Source: Octopus sinensis
Taxonomy: Eukaryota
DNA length: 64,000 bases
Reading direction: 5' to 3'
Assembly (NCBI RefSeq): GCF_006345805.1
Contig: NC_043000.1
Coordinates: 154,318,001-154,382,000 of the forward strand
The notes under the pieces were generated by a model that made no database searches, was not told the origin of the DNA, and saw only the letters and a program-made list of their open reading frames with translations. A program made the position numbers and the translations under genes. Each line of letters begins with the position of its first letter. Position 1 is the first letter of the stretch. Of the stretch, positions 14,685 through 26,972 are shown in pieces.

Positions 14685-15698
14685 TCACTATAGGAGAACA
14701 GAGACAGTTAATTTGATGGCATATTTAACCAGCCAAAAGACCGGTACCATACTCTGGTCAATACACTTAATGGTTAAGACCACCAAGTTCTAAGTATGCA
14801 TCACAAGATGGTGGAATACACTGCTGTTAGCAATAACAAAGTTGACAAATGATATTCTTGGCTGCAAGACTAGCATCCTATTTAGGATCTGCCTCATCTA
14901 CTTCACGCTCTGGAAAGTGGAGATAAGTACCAACCTTCCGAAGCCTAGGGAGTTTAAAAAAAGAAATAATTTCCTATAATGGCAAGGCAATATATTACTG
15001 ATGTTTATTTTGAGCCTAGTGAGATTAAGGGGCAATGTTAATTACAGCAGGATTTCAATTGCAAAAAGGCGAAACTAAATATCACATTGCGGAACGGCCT
15101 CTTGCTTTACCATTCCATCCAAGCAATAATAAAACCGCGGCAACAGTTTATAATTAATCAGTTTGAGGTCCAGTGGTTATGATGTTAATACAAGTGTTTA
15201 GCCACTACCATGGTCATTAGTTACATCCTGCTACATCTAATTCCTTCAAATTGATCAAGCTTCCCACTAAACGGTTATTTGTAGTAAAAGGTATAATTCA
15301 AGTAATAAATTATTCTGAATATATATATATATAAATATATATGTATATATATATATACACACACACAAATGTCCTCTTTACAAAAAAACCTATCCCATTC
15401 TAAGCAGAATGTAAAACAATGAAAATATGTCAAGAATTCATTCATTTCATAGCTAACCTCATTATAGAGAGTAACCATGGATATAATATAAACCGTGTGA
15501 ACTAGTCTGTTGCAATTCTGCTTTTTTAATATCCAATTTTCAGTGTTTAAGATCTTTTACAATCATATAGAAAATTTTCTTTTATTTGTATTTATTTGTA
15601 TAATTGGTTTAAAACCAAGATTTCATTAATGCCTTCTCTAGCTACACTAAATCTACATCTAATATTATTAGCTGACTCCCCCTCATGTATCCCTAACA

Positions 15699-15851
15699 TG
15701 GCTGTGTGGTAAGTAGCTTGTTTACCAACCACATGGTTCCGGGTTCAGTCCCACTGCGTGGCACCTTGTGCAAGTGTCTTCTACTATAGCCTCAAGCCAA
15801 CCAAAGCCTTGCGAGTGGATTTGGTAGACGGAAACTGAAAGAAGCCTGTCG

Positions 15852-15884
<33 letters not shown>

Positions 15885-16110
15885 GTATGTGTGTGTATGT
15901 ATGTGTTTGTGTGTTTGTCTCCCTAGCATTGCTTGACAACCGATGCTGGTGTGTTTGCATCCCCGTCACTTAGCGGTTCGGCAAAAAGAGACCGATAGAA
16001 TAAGTACTGGGCTTACAAAGAATAAGTCCCGGGTCGATTTGCTCAACTAAAGGCGGTGCTCCAGCATGGCCGAAGTCAAATGACTGAAACAAGTAAAAGA
16101 GTAAAAGAGA
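15699..16110 (+). mobile_element. SINE family A
   Basis: Near-identical to 870-1257. Confidence 0.88.
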
Positions 16111-16220
16111 TGCCATTAGCTGTGCTACTATTATTATCTCTGCATCTCGCGGAAATACTCGCACTTGGTTTAGTTAATTAAATAGCAAATAGAAATGTAA
16201 GTTTCATTGTTCATATATTA

Positions 16221-16617
16221 ACTCTTTTTCTTGTTCCAGTCATTTGACTGCGGTCATGCTGGAGCACCGCCTTTAATCGAGCAACTCGACCCCGGGACTT
16301 ATTCTTTTGTAAGCCCAGTACTTATTCTATCGGTCTCTTTTGCCGAACCACTAAGTGACGTAAACACACCAGCATCGGTTGTCAAGCAATGCTAGGGGGA
16401 CAAACACAGACACACAAACACGCACACATACATATACATATATATACATATATACGACAGGCTTCTTTCAGTTTCCGTCTACCAAATCCACTCACAAGGC
16501 ATTGGTCAGTCCGGGGCTATAGCAGAAGACACTTGCCCAAGATGCCACGCAGTGGGACTGAACCCGGAACCATGTGGTTGGTAAACAAGCTACTTACCAC
16601 ACAGCCACTCCTGCGCC
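16221..16617 (-). mobile_element. SINE family A
   Basis: Reverse-complement copy, tail-to-tail with 15699-16110. Confidence 0.88.
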
Positions 16618-16769
16618 TTATATTAGTTATATAATTGTGTGTTTCATCATTTATTAAATGATAAATCTGAGTATTATTTTGTTGAAATTTTTTAAATACA
16701 GTTTTCCACAAGTAGCTACCTACAAAACTGAACATTTATCATCCACAGATTTTTTGAATGAAACTGGTG

Positions 16770-16820
<51 letters not shown>

Positions 16821-17724
16821 GCATACACCATCATTTAACATCTGCTTCCCACGCAGGCGTGGGTAAGACAGTTTGAGAGAGAACAGCAAGCTGAAGGACT
16901 TGCATCAAGCTCCCAATGTCATCTCTGGCATGGTTTCTATGGTTGGAGGCCCTTCTCCATGCCCACCACTTTACAGAGCACACTGGGTGCTTTTTCCATG
17001 CCACCAGCACCAATGAGGTGGCCATGTAACTTACAAGACAAAAGAACAGAGAAAAAAGGAGAAGGTTTCTACTACTAAGCATTTGGGAGGGGAAGATAGG
17101 TGGGTAGCTATATGCCAGGTGCTGAAAGACTAAAGTAATGATTAGGACAAGAGCATGTCTTAGGAGATGTATGGCTTAAGGAAATAGGAAGGTAGTGAAG
17201 GTGTGCTGGAGCAAACCCTCAAGGAACAAGATGCACGAAAGAAGGGACATGGACAGTGGATCATGGGAGCAGATGAGACAATGGATGCTTTCATAATGTG
17301 AGGAGGGAGTAATCAGGTGGAGGTGGAGGTTACGTTGGTTAATGTAGTGATGGATGAAGAGTTGGGGGCGAAGATGATGGAAAATAGCAGTATGTAGAGG
17401 GGTGAGATGGGAGATGATAAAGGAGCGGCTCAGGGAAAATAGAACAGGGAGAGTTGTATGATGTGCAAGGTGTAGGAGTTGTGGAGAGGGAGATATATGA
17501 ATACAATGGGCTATAGTAAGTGACCATGTTGGTGGGTATGAGAGGTATTTGGATTGGCATATAGCAGTGGGGAGAAAAAGCAGTGGCTGAAAAAACAAAG
17601 GAGGTGACTGAATTGAAATAGTGTGGGCAGGGATGATGAGGAAAGGACAAACATATGCAAATTGCTTTCTCTTAATGTCGGAATCTAATTTAAAAAAAAA
17701 TAAGATTGAATAAAAATATAAAGT

Positions 17725-18135
17725 GCGCAGGAGTGGCTGTGTGGGAAGTAGCTTGCTAACCAACCACATGGTTCCGGGTTCAGTCCCACTGCATGGCATC
17801 TTTGGCAAGTGTCTTCTACTATAGCCCCGGGCTGACCAATGCCTTGTGAGTGGATTTGGTAGACGGAAACTGAAAGAAGCCTGTCATATATATGTATATA
17901 TATATAAGTGTGTGTGTGTGTGTGTATATGTTTGTGTGTGTGTTTGTCCCCCTAGCATTGCTTGACAACCGATGCTGGTGTGTTTACGTCCCCATCACTT
18001 AGCGGTTCGGCAAAAGAGACCGATAGAATAAGTACTGGGCTTACAAAGAATAAGTCCCGGGGTCGATTTGCTCGACTAAAGGCGGTGCTCCAGCATGGCC
18101 TTAGTCAAATGACTGAAAAGAGTAAAAAGAGTAAA
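17725..18135 (+). mobile_element. SINE family A
   Basis: Full-length copy; possible TSD TAAAGTG. Confidence 0.88.
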
Positions 18136-19205
18136 GTGGCTTCCTAATAAAAATATTTTTCTAAATAAATTCAAATCAAACACCGAGACTCAACATTTAA
18201 AAAAAAAGCAATAAATTGAAACTAGAACCAAATTCTAAAAACTAATTTAACCTTAAGAGCAGATCACTGACAGCTCTCAAATTTTCAATTGCACGAAAAT
18301 TACTGGATAATAACTGGTTCATCTCTCTAAACTTGCCCGTTTCATTCAATAGGATTTAAAGCTAAAATAGTGTGTATGTGTAATAGCAAAAATTCAGATT
18401 ATTTAGCAAGTGAGGTCACTGTTCAGAATTCTTAAGAAAATTGCTCCCCACTTTGTATGAATATTTCCATTAACAAAAAAGCTTTTTTTTTTATTTTTAT
18501 TTATTTATTATTCATCTTGTCAGTAAACTAGCTTTTCAAGTTTGAAACTTCTTAGAAAAACAGTGGAAAATATAAACCAGATAACACCCTTTACTGCAAA
18601 TAATTTTTCTGTTTAGGTTTTTATTTATATTTTTTTTTGACATTTTTTTCTCCCTAAATTCTTTCCACATAAAACAGATGAAATGCAAAATGAATCAATT
18701 CTGTTTAATGTGCTTCAAGATGGAAAAGAAAAAATTTATTACGGTTATAAAGTTAAACAAATGGAATGTTAAATAATGATCAATGCAAGAAATATTTCAA
18801 TACAAGCAACAAAATCTTCAAATATTACATCCCATCAACCCAAAATGTATTTGAATGCAAGAATTTCAATATGGATGGAGCTTAATATCTTTTAATGAAA
18901 ATATTTGCCTGAGCAAAGGAATGGGTGTGTAGTTAAGAAGTCCGCTTCATAATCATCCATTTCTCAGTTCAATCCTACAGCAAAACTCTATTAAGGACCT
19001 TGAGTTGAATTTAAGTGAAAGTCAGTAGACGGAAACTGTGCAGAACCTTATTGGGTAAACTGCACTATTTTTCAGGTGGTAGACTTATCCATCACCCATT
19101 TTAACACTACAAGATGACCCTCAGGTGTCTTTGGGTCCATATGCTGCAAGCATTGAAACGAGTCCCCAGTCAGAGGGTAACTACTTGTTTTTCTCCTGCA
19201 AAATA

Positions 19206-19545
19206 GGTGCAGGTGTGTCTATGTGGTAAGAAGCTTGCTTCCCAATGACATTGTTCAGGGTTCAGTCCCATTGCGTGGCACCTTGGGCAAGTGTCTTCTA
19301 CTATAGCCTCAGGTTGACCAATACCTTATATGACTGGATTTGATCGACAGAACCTGAATGAAGCCCATCGTGTGAGTCCATCATCCCTTGACAACTAATG
19401 TTGGTGTGTTTACAGCCCTGTAACTTAGTGGTTCAGCAAAAGAAACCAATAGAATAAGTACTAGGCTGAGGGTCAATTTGTTTAAAGCCCTTCAAGACAG
19501 TGCCCAAGCATGGCTACAGTCAAATGATTGCAACAAGAATAAAAA
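19206..19545 (+). mobile_element. SINE family A, older copy
   Basis: Diverged head, body and tail. Confidence 0.75.
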
Positions 19546-19647
19546 GGGTCATAGATGTTACCTATAACTCCCCAGATAAGACTTAGAAATAACTTAAAAT
19601 TTTGTGATAATTTTATAAATCTAATGTAGAAATAAGTCACATTTAGC

Positions 19648-21157
19648 TAGCATACTGGCTTCATTCCTAGCAAGCTTACGCATATCCTCAGCAGTCACCA
19701 CCCATGTTTCACTGCCATGTAGCATGGCTGTTCATACACATGCATCATACAGTCTACGTTTTACTCTGAGCGAGAGGCCCTTTGTCACCAGCAGAGGCAG
19801 GAACTCTCAGAACTTCGCCTAGGATATACTTATTCTAGCAACTACATTTTCAGAGCATCCACTCCTGCTACTGACTTGGTCACCTAGGTAACGGAAACTC
19901 AACTACTTCTAGTTTTTCACTCTGAAATGTGACAGTTGTTCTCTGCACATTTCCAGTGTTTATTGCTCCTGAGCATCTGCCACATACAAAAACCATCTTC
20001 CCAGTTAGCCTTCCTTTGATATTGCTGCACCTCTTATGTGTCCATAGCTTGCACTGGGTACATCTTAGTGTTTCTACCTATGCCTTTTCTACAGATCAAG
20101 CAGGGCCATCTAGCTAAAGGGATTTGTGGTTTGTCTGCCTTCCTACTTATTAGGACTTTGGTTTTAGCTAGGTTGACTAAAGCCCTTCAATTTTAATCTT
20201 TGCTTCCACACTTGAAATTTCTCTAGTTCTGATAGTGACTCAGCAATAAAAGCAAGGTCATCAGCATAGAAGAGCTCCCAGGAGCATCCTGTTTTGAATT
20301 CCTGTTATTACCTGGAGGACTATGATAAATAGGAGGGGGCTGAGGACTGAACCTTGGTGAACCCCTACTTCTAGCCAGAATTCTTCACTGTACTCGTTGC
20401 CAACACTCACCTTACTGACAGCGTCCCTGTACATGGCTTACACAGCTCTCATTAACCATTCATCTATCCCTAGTTTCCTCATTGATCACCAGATAAGGGA
20501 TCGGGGGACCCTGTCAAAAGCTTTCTCCATGTCAATGAAACCAGGTACAGGAGTTTATCTTTGGCTACCTATTTCTCCTGCAGCTGTCTTACCAGAAATA
20601 TACATCAGTGGTGCTTTTCCCTGGTACAAACCCAAACTGCATCTTGTCTAGACTGACCCTCTCCCTAATTAGTTGGGCTACAACCCTCCCCGTGACTTTC
20701 ATTACCTGATCCAACAGCCTGATACTGCTAATTATTTGTATCTAATGCATCACCTTTACCTTTGTAGCAGTTGACTATGGTGCTGCTACACCAGTCATTG
20801 GGTATGACTCCGTGTATCACCTAATTGATTATACGGGTGACTAGGCTATAGCAGATACTGCCAGATATTTTGAGCATCTCTGCGGTAATTCCTGATGGAC
20901 CCAGGGGTGGGTGGAGGGTCCCTGTCTTCATACCCTTAATTGCTTTATCTACCAAGGCACTGTCAATTCAGATAGCTGGTCCCTCTGTTAGGTCAGCATT
21001 CGGCAGGCTCTCTTTCTCCTATTCATTCTCTTTATTTAGCAACCTTTCATAGTGGCGCCTTCATACTTCTCCCTTTGCAACTTCGTTTAATGCAAGTGCA
21101 CCATCATCTATGTGAACACATTTCTCTATGACATCACAATTCTCTCTCACATTGTCT
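19648..21157 (-). mobile_element. Decayed RTE-clade LINE, reverse transcriptase region (pseudogenised)
   Basis: Minus-strand motifs KAFDRVPR..IW, VGVHQGSVLSPLLFI, WELFYADDLA, YLGDQ and LHGSETW, interrupted by stops and frameshifts. Confidence 0.9.
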
Positions 21158-21803
21158 CACAGAAATTTACCTTCTAAATGGTTTTGGTTCCATAGTGCAA
21201 TAACCAAACAATAAAATAGGTGAAGCCACAGAAAACTGCCCAAAAGTAGTTTCATCAAACCAGAGCAAGCATGGAAATGTTAAAATTGATATTCCGGTGA
21301 AAAACTCAGGAAAAAATATTGCACAGGTCAAATGAAATCAAAGAACAGGCATTTTCCTTTTAATTTCCAAGTTTGCCATTCAGTTGGTGTTGTGAACACT
21401 CAAGAATTGGTTTAAATGTGGTTGTCCTAACAGAATATTGTTCATCATTACTACGTATCTCCAGCTAGACAGATACAAATGAAGAACTTTTTCAAAAAAG
21501 GTAATCTATGAGTCAAGCCTTTTATCATATTCGAGTTGATAAAATATAAAAAATAACACCAATTTTTCAAGTTATAAAGAATATTTATATCAGTTAAGAG
21601 ACTTAGTTATTTGGAGAATTAGATAGCTGACTCATCACCAAAGAGGAAATCCTGCTTAAATATACCAGCTGTTTCTTGTTTTAAGAAATTAGGTTTGCTT
21701 GATCACAAACAGTACTTGTAAATATTTGGAGAAATGCAAAACTTCTCTACTCAAATACTTACATACTCGTAACATTATTTTACAGATAACTTTTATATAT
21801 TTA

Positions 21804-22460
21804 CCATATTTTCCAGTGTATAAGCCACTAAGTTTTACGGGGGAAATTTAGAGTATGGTTTGCAGAAAGGTGCCCCTAATATCATCATCATCATCGTTTA
21901 ACGTCTGTTTTCCACGCTAGCACAGGTTGGACGGTTTGACCAGGGTCTGGGAAGCCAGGAGGCTGCACCAGGCTCCAGTCTGATCTGGCAGTGTTTCTAC
22001 AGCTGGATGCCCTTCCTAACGCCAACCACTCCGCGAGTGTAGTGTGTATTTTTTATAAGTTTCAAGAGGAAAATAATTTGTGTATGGATATCGACCGATT
22101 CCACTGATTTTCGGAGGAAAGGTCAGTCAGTGAACAATGTGAAAGACTACTGCTACAGTCTTTTTGGTCAGTTGTAGCGAATCTTCTTGTTTGCGCCATA
22201 AACAGACCATGGATTCATTTATGCTGTACTGTCTTGTTGTGGCTGTTACCATTTTCTTTTGCGTAGTTGATACATTCTAACTTGAAGGCAGCCATGTAAC
22301 TTTCTTAGAGACATTTTGAAACTACATACATGTCAACAAAAAAATTAGCTGTGAAGCCATAACTCTATAGTTCCTTTAAACACCAGTGCACTGTAAGTGC
22401 AGATCAAACCCAAATTTTCCACCAAATTCGGCCCTGCAGCTTAAATACTGGAAAATATGG
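21804..22460 (-). mobile_element. Internally deleted pogo-type (POGK/Passer-like) DNA transposon
   Basis: TA TSD. TIRs CCATATTTTCCAGTGTATAAGC / GCTTAAATACTGGAAAATATGG. Internal relic SYMAAFKLECINYAKENGN..RQYSINESMVCLWRKQ resembles a Brinker-type HTH. Contains a family E insertion at 21883-22046. Confidence 0.75.
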
Positions 22461-23211
22461 TACTTATATAACCTTACATCTGTATAATCAGGTAAGTTTA
22501 TAATATAAGTACAGACATAGCTGTGTAGTTAAGATTACTTCCTAACCATGTGGTCTTGAGTACCATTGATCAGTACCTAGGGCAAGTGTCTTCCACAGCC
22601 ACAACCATTAACCAAAGCCTAATGATTGCAATTGGTAGAACAAAACTGAAAGGTGTATGTGAATGCAGGTGCACACACACAACACGATTGTTGTAAATGA
22701 GCGTCAATATCATACAATTGAGGTTTTGTTCCCAGTCTTACATGAAAAAAAACTATATCTAGGAGGATAAAAATATTACCTTACTTGGAAACAGATGTGG
22801 ATTGGCAACCAGAAGGGCATTCAGCCACAGAAAATCTGTATATGACCCATGCAAGAATGGATAATTGGCTGTTAAATGATTATATTTTATTTTTTTATAT
22901 ATATATATATATATATATATTTATTTTGTTACTATTATGCAAAAGTGTTGTAAGTCCAATATATTGCTTTTTCAAGAAAAAAAAATAGTTTGACCATTCC
23001 ATAGCAAAACTGTTGTACTACACTTACATAATTTTTGATACCTTGGCATCTGAAACAGCTGGAGATATGATTGTTTGACCAAAAGAACAAGCTATTGCAA
23101 GCAAAGATAAATATTGAACAAAACGCATTTGCCCAAATCTGGACAGACAGTTTAACATAACAGCAAACATAACAGCAAACATAACAGCAAACATATATAT
23201 ATATATATATA

Positions 23212-23607
23212 CTAGCAGTATCGCCCGGCGTTGCTCGGGTTTGTAAGGGAAATAACTATAAAGCATTTTTAGAGAGTTACAGCCAAAAAATAGCAAAAAA
23301 ATGCATTAAAAAGGAAAAAAAATGATGGTAAATTTTTTTTTAAATCGTTGACTCATCGTAGACATTTTTAGAGAGTTACTTCCCTTATATGATAGCGAAA
23401 AAATGCATTAAAATGGAAAAAAATGATGGAAAATTATTTTTAAAATCGTAGACTCATCGTAGACGCGCGCTAATACCCAGAAGGGCTCGATATGAATCAC
23501 GACTATATGATACGCGCTTTTGGTTACACTGCACCGCAAAATGTGGGAGTAGTTAGGAATCTAAATCGTAGGAGACAGACACACAACTTCACTTTTATAT
23601 ATAAAGA
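23212..23607 (-). mobile_element. Non-autonomous Helitron
   Basis: On the minus strand: 5' TC end, 3' hairpin CCCGAGCAACGCCGGG then CTAG end, inserted between A and T, with an internal ~90-bp tandem duplication. Second copy at 37565-37970. Confidence 0.8.
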
Positions 23608-24992
23608 TATATAATATTAGTGTTGAATAAGATGCATTCACCATCAAACAGTTTACAAGAATTTTCCAAGCTATTAAGCCTTGTGTTTGTAATATATATC
23701 TACAAAATATCTACATAACAGTTTCAATCAGTTTCATCTCGTATGATCAGAGTGATTAAAATTTGTTACAAATATTGTGTAGATACACATTTTGAAATAT
23801 AAGGTCAATAACTATAGAAAATCAATTCTGACAATTCAGACATTTAAGCAATGTTCCAAATTCAAATTATTTGAAGCTATTTCAGATCACTTTTGTCTTT
23901 CACAATAACCACTAGGGGAAGTTTTGGATTTAGATAATCCCATTTTATTTGCTCCAGTAAGTCTTTGTTAAAAAAGATATCTTCTTCAATGAAAAACTAA
24001 CCAGTTACCATTTCTTTTCTTTTAGTTGTCTCTCCCGCTTCCATCTCCATATTAATTCTAAACTAAGAAATGTAGACATTAAGCAACTAGTACCAACCTG
24101 GTTTTAAGCCAACATTTTCCCCATAGTCAAACACATCTAGTATCATAAGCCAGCGAGGGAGCTAGTGTGGTCTCACAATTTACTAGAAATAACAGTCAAA
24201 TTTACCTCAAACCACAGTATGTCTTAGAAAAATGAAGGATGAAGAGCATTTGGAAAATGTAATCCTGCAAATACAATGCATGGAAAAAAAAGTGGGCTGG
24301 TCATGAATGGAATGTCTTTAATAGATCAGTTTATCCAGGAATGACTTCTGGTTAAAGAACAATATATTAACAAGCAAGTTAATTTTAATAAATCTACACT
24401 AAGTTCACCCCAAAACTATGGTTCATGACCTTTCTTTTACCAGTAAAATAGACTCATTTGTAGACTATTTGGGAATCTAACAAGTCCAGTGGTTGTCAGA
24501 ATTAATAGCATTTGATAAAATGCCTTGATACCTTCTGGCGAATCCTCCTCCAGTTTCAACAATAAAGCATTTAGTTATTTGATCAACTGAACCTGCAAGT
24601 GGTTGAGTATTCCACGGGTAATATACCCTTAATGTTATTCCACAAATGAAATCAGCATGATGCAATGTGACCAAGCTGGACCTTTAAATCAGCCCTTTAC
24701 CATTTAAAACAGCCATATCCATCCAAAATATTCTACCCGTTTTATGTTCAAACTGGCCTCACACCATCCCTACCATACCATTTTAAAAATTAACAGTTAC
24801 ATCAAGATCTCAAACCTACAAAATAATGCATGATTAATTCAAAACTGAATAAAAACAAGCATTACAACTGACAGAGTAATCTGTATGCCAAAAGGTTAAA
24901 GTGCAATCCAACTGACAGGCTTCCAAACAGTTTCTATCTACCAAATTTCACTCCCAAAGCTTAGGGGTCAACTTTATATTTTTTTAATTATT

Positions 24993-25268
24993 TTTTATTT
25001 AGTTTCAGCTCACATGCTGTGGCCATGCTGGGGCACCGTCATTTGGTGTTGCTACATGATTTTACTTCACGAATGCTTTTTAGCAAATGCCATTTGGTGC
25101 ATGGGAGAGTTCGATGCAGCTGCCCTCATCTGCACCTCCTGCCGTGAAGTTGGTTCATCTGGGACACCTGACAAGAAGAGATCCAGTTTCATTTTAAAGA
25201 CATCTGCATCCACCCCATGCAGGTCTCTTGGGTTCTTCGGGAGGATATTGAAGAGCTGTGGACCTCTA
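24993..25268 (-). mobile_element. CR1-clade LINE 3' end (ORF2 C-terminus plus 3' UTR)
   Basis: RGPQLFNILPKNPRDLHGVDADVFKMKLDLFLSGVPDEP...AASNS...stop, then a short stem-loop tail and an A-rich end. Confidence 0.75.
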
Positions 25269-26480
25269 GATTATTGTAAAGACACGAGGCCAGGATGCTG
25301 TACTGTGGGATCAAAGCCAGAAAGTCACAAGAGAACAAACAGTCCCTTGGTTATACCTGTATCCAACATTTAATTATCACTCTTTAAATTTTAAATCCTT
25401 TTGGAGGCTACTTTTGTTCAGCCTAACACTGTAGTCAAATTCTATAGCCTTGTGCCTTTGGCAAATCCATAATGATATAATTAATTTCCAGATATTGGAT
25501 ATGATGTAAACAGCATAGCTAGACTAAACATCTGCTGTAGGCCTTCATCTTTGAGTACTCATCCCTAGAGGGCAAATATTTTCATTTCACTAAGCCAATA
25601 TATTGAACACAGATAAATTAACTATAAATATTCATCCAGAAAACAAAAAATATAGGGGATGGGGGTGGGAAGATAGATTAGAGTACTTAAGAAAAATCAA
25701 TATTATTGATTCCTCCTATCAAGCAGTATTATTTGAATATGAAAGTATATTTAAACCCTAATTTGATATTTGGGGGAAATTGTGATTAAAAAGAAATATA
25801 TCTTTCATTTACAAACATTATATAAAATTCTTTCCCCTCTTTATATTTTTATATTAAATGATTTAAATATGAAAGCTTAGAATTAAAAAAAGTAACTACG
25901 AAGCCAAGTGAATTTGCTCCAAATCCATCACAGTAAGATTCTTACTGGTCAATAAAACAAAATAACAGAAGCAGACTTTCAGCCTTTTTGGAACCGGATT
26001 TGGATCAATAAGAAATAATTCCCTACCAGCACCAACCTCAACCTCAATGTAGCAATCGTTGGGACTTTAATGGCAAAAAATTTATCTCTTCAACTCAACA
26101 GATTGCTACCAGAAGACAGCCATCACTAATGCTTTGTGAAGAAAGAGCCAAAATAAACAGAACTTGCAAGCAGACCAAACTTATCTCAAGTGAGTAGGCA
26201 GCATAATATTACTTGCAGTAGCAACAACAACCTTGATAAACTAGGCTGGCAGAAAACATTCTCAAGTGACAATACCGAAATCAAAATAAGCATCTTTTCA
26301 TCTACCCTATTTTCCAGTGTCAGCTGCAACAGCAATCTTAGCCTCTTCCTGGCTTCATTCCCCTATCATATCATCACTAATACCAGGCTATGGGCTTTAC
26401 AGCCAATTCTAGTGACATTTAGAAATATCCTGGTTATATATATATATATATATATAAAACCTCGCTAAGTTAAATATTTA

Positions 26481-26549
26481 AATCACCTGAAGAATGACTG
26501 TAACTCGAAATTTTAAGAATTGGACAGCCATGAAACGATCGTAGTGTTA
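26481..26549 (+). ncRNA. Type I hammerhead ribozyme motif (Penelope-like element relic)
   Basis: CAC-CTGAAGA-ATGACTGT[loop]ACAGCCAT-GAAA-CGATCG-TA-GTG: complete core, 7/8 stem II, palindromic stem III, GUA cleavage triplet. Confidence 0.7.
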
Positions 26550-26683
26550 TACTAATTATCTTTTTTTAATAATTTTGATATATATTTAAAATAATATAAA
26601 TTAATTAATCTTATGTATTGGCTTAAGTTTTTCATTGTATGATTTGCTTAATAGTGGTTTTATCTCTAATTTAATATAATATA

Positions 26684-26742
<59 letters not shown>

Positions 26743-26860
26743 GAAAAATACAAACCGGGACAGAACGTAAAACATTTAGAAGACGATACAAAAAACACGG
26801 ACGGGACATTCGAAGCCTTCAATCTTCAGTCAAGAACCAGATCATCGTAGCAATTTCGGC

Positions 26861-26911
26861 TATATATATATATATATATGGATAGATATAGATAGATAGA
26901 TAGATAGATAG

Positions 26912-26970
<59 letters not shown>
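26861..26970 (+). repeat. Compound microsatellite (TA)n(GATA)n(GA)n
   Basis: Seen directly. Confidence 0.95.

Positions 26971-26972
<2 letters not shown>

Noticed and set aside
17176-17808. 210-aa ORF, the longest in the track
   Set aside because: It starts in a SINE and runs through a low-complexity pyrimidine-rich strand; no domain motif or splice support.
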